Shown: positions 62,803-64,000 of the stretch, in pieces
Layout of the letters: every line of letters begins with the position of its first letter
Position numbering within the stretch: position 1 is the first letter of the stretch
NCBI RefSeq assembly: GCF_044704955.1
Contig: NW_027254533.1
Span: forward strand, 1 to 64,000
Length of the DNA: 64,000 nt
DNA from: Pristiophorus japonicus
Taxonomy: Eukaryota
Direction: 5' to 3'
The notes under the pieces: generated by a model
Seen by the model: the letters and a program-made list of their open reading frames with translations, nothing else
Database searches by the model: none
What the model was told of the DNA's origin: nothing
Position numbers and translations under genes: made by a program

Positions 62803-64000
62803 CATAGAAACATAGAAACATAGAAAATAGGTGCAGGAGCAGGCCATTCAGCCCTTCTAGCCTGCACCGCCATTCAATGAGTTCATGGCTGAACATGAAA
62901 CTTCAGTACCCCCTTCCTGCTTTCTCGCCATAACCCTTGATCCCCCGAGTAGTAAGGACTTCATCTAACTCCCTTTTGAATATATTTAGTGAATTGGCCT
63001 CAACTACTTTCTGTGGTAGAGAATTCCACAGGTTCACCACTCTCTGGGTGAAGAAGTTTCTCCTCATCTCGGTCCTAAATGGCTTACCCCTTATCCTCAG
63101 ACTGTGACCCCTGGTTCTGGACTTCCCCAACATTGGGAACATTCTTTCTGCATCTAACCTGTCTAAACCCGTCAGAATTTTAAACGTTTCTATGAGGTCC
63201 CCTCTCATTCTTCTGAACTCCAGTGAATACAAGCCCAATTGATCCAATCTTTCTTGATAGGTCAGTCCCGCCATCCCGGGAATCAGTCTGGTGAACCTTC
63301 GCTGCACTCCCTCAATAGCAAGAATGTCCTTCCTCAAGTTAGGAGACCAAAACTGTACACAATACTCCAGGTGTGGCCTCACCAAGGCCCTGTACAACTG
63401 TAGCAACACCTCCCTGCCCCTGTATTCAAATCCCCTCGCTATGAAGGCCAACATGCCATTTGCTTTCTTAACCGCCTGCTGTACCTGCATGCCAACCTTC
63501 AATGACTGATGTACCATGACACCCAGGTCTCGTTGCACCTTCCCTTTTCCTAATCTGTCACCATTCAGATAATAGTCTGTCTCTCTGTTTTTACCACCAA
63601 AGTGGATAACCTCACATTTATCCACATTATACTTCATCTGCCATGCATTTGCCCACTCACCTAACCTATCCAAGTCACTCTGCAGCCTAATAGCATCCTC
63701 CTCGCAGCTCACACTGCCACCCAACTTAGTATCATCCGCAAATTTGGAGATACTGCATTTAATCCCCTCGTCTAAATCATTAATGTACAATGTAAACAGC
63801 TGGGGCCCCAGCACAGAACCTTGCGGCACTCCACTAGTCACTGCCTGCCATTCTGAAAAGTACCCGTTTACTCCTACTCTTTGCTTCCTGTCTGACAACC
63901 AGTTCTCAATCCACGTCAGCACACTACCCCCAATCCCATGTGCTTTAACTTTGCACATTAATCTCTTGTGTGGGACCTTGTCGAAAGCCTTCTGAAAGTC
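62803..64000 (-). mobile_element. Young CR1 (3' end), continuing beyond the window
   Basis: Uninterrupted 351-aa RT/C-terminal ORF at 62903-63958; its tail abuts the 5' end of the preceding CR1. Confidence 0.95.

Noticed and set aside
59589-63995. Many plus-strand ORFs over the CR1 copies
   Set aside because: Antisense shadows of CR1 ORF1 and ORF2 that recur in every copy.

Overview
Eukaryotic genomic DNA from a cartilaginous fish (probably a shark), inferred from the IgM constant-region sequence, the CR1-rich repeat content and a GPR139-like receptor. It has six N-gaps. Most of the window is transposon-derived: about 20 CR1 LINE pieces (one near full length), an RTE LINE, an L2 LINE, a DeuSINE, a decayed Gypsy provirus with both LTRs, a solo LTR, MITE-like elements and several minisatellites. 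I found no clearly intact host gene. The host-gene remnants are: (1) a two-exon GPR139/142-like GPCR pseudogene (1742-4622, -); (2) a P2Y/LPAR-type GPCR pseudogene split by a CR1 insertion (about 11880-15342, +); (3) an orphan 3' half of an IgM heavy-chain gene (Cmu3, Cmu4 with secretory tail, TM1, TM2; 46653-50497, +), with no V, D, J, Cmu1 or Cmu2 visible upstream; and (4) two divergently oriented TCR alpha/delta-type V pseudogenes just downstream (54071-54374, -, with a 23-RSS; 58554-58669, +, cut by a CR1). The two strongest leads are the physical interleaving of IgH constant exons with TCR V segments, and a candidate -1 ribosomal frameshift signal (G_TTA_AAC plus four G-tracts) at the CR1 ORF1/ORF2 junction. 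All family assignments come from motif recognition by eye, not database searches, and repeat boundaries are approximate.
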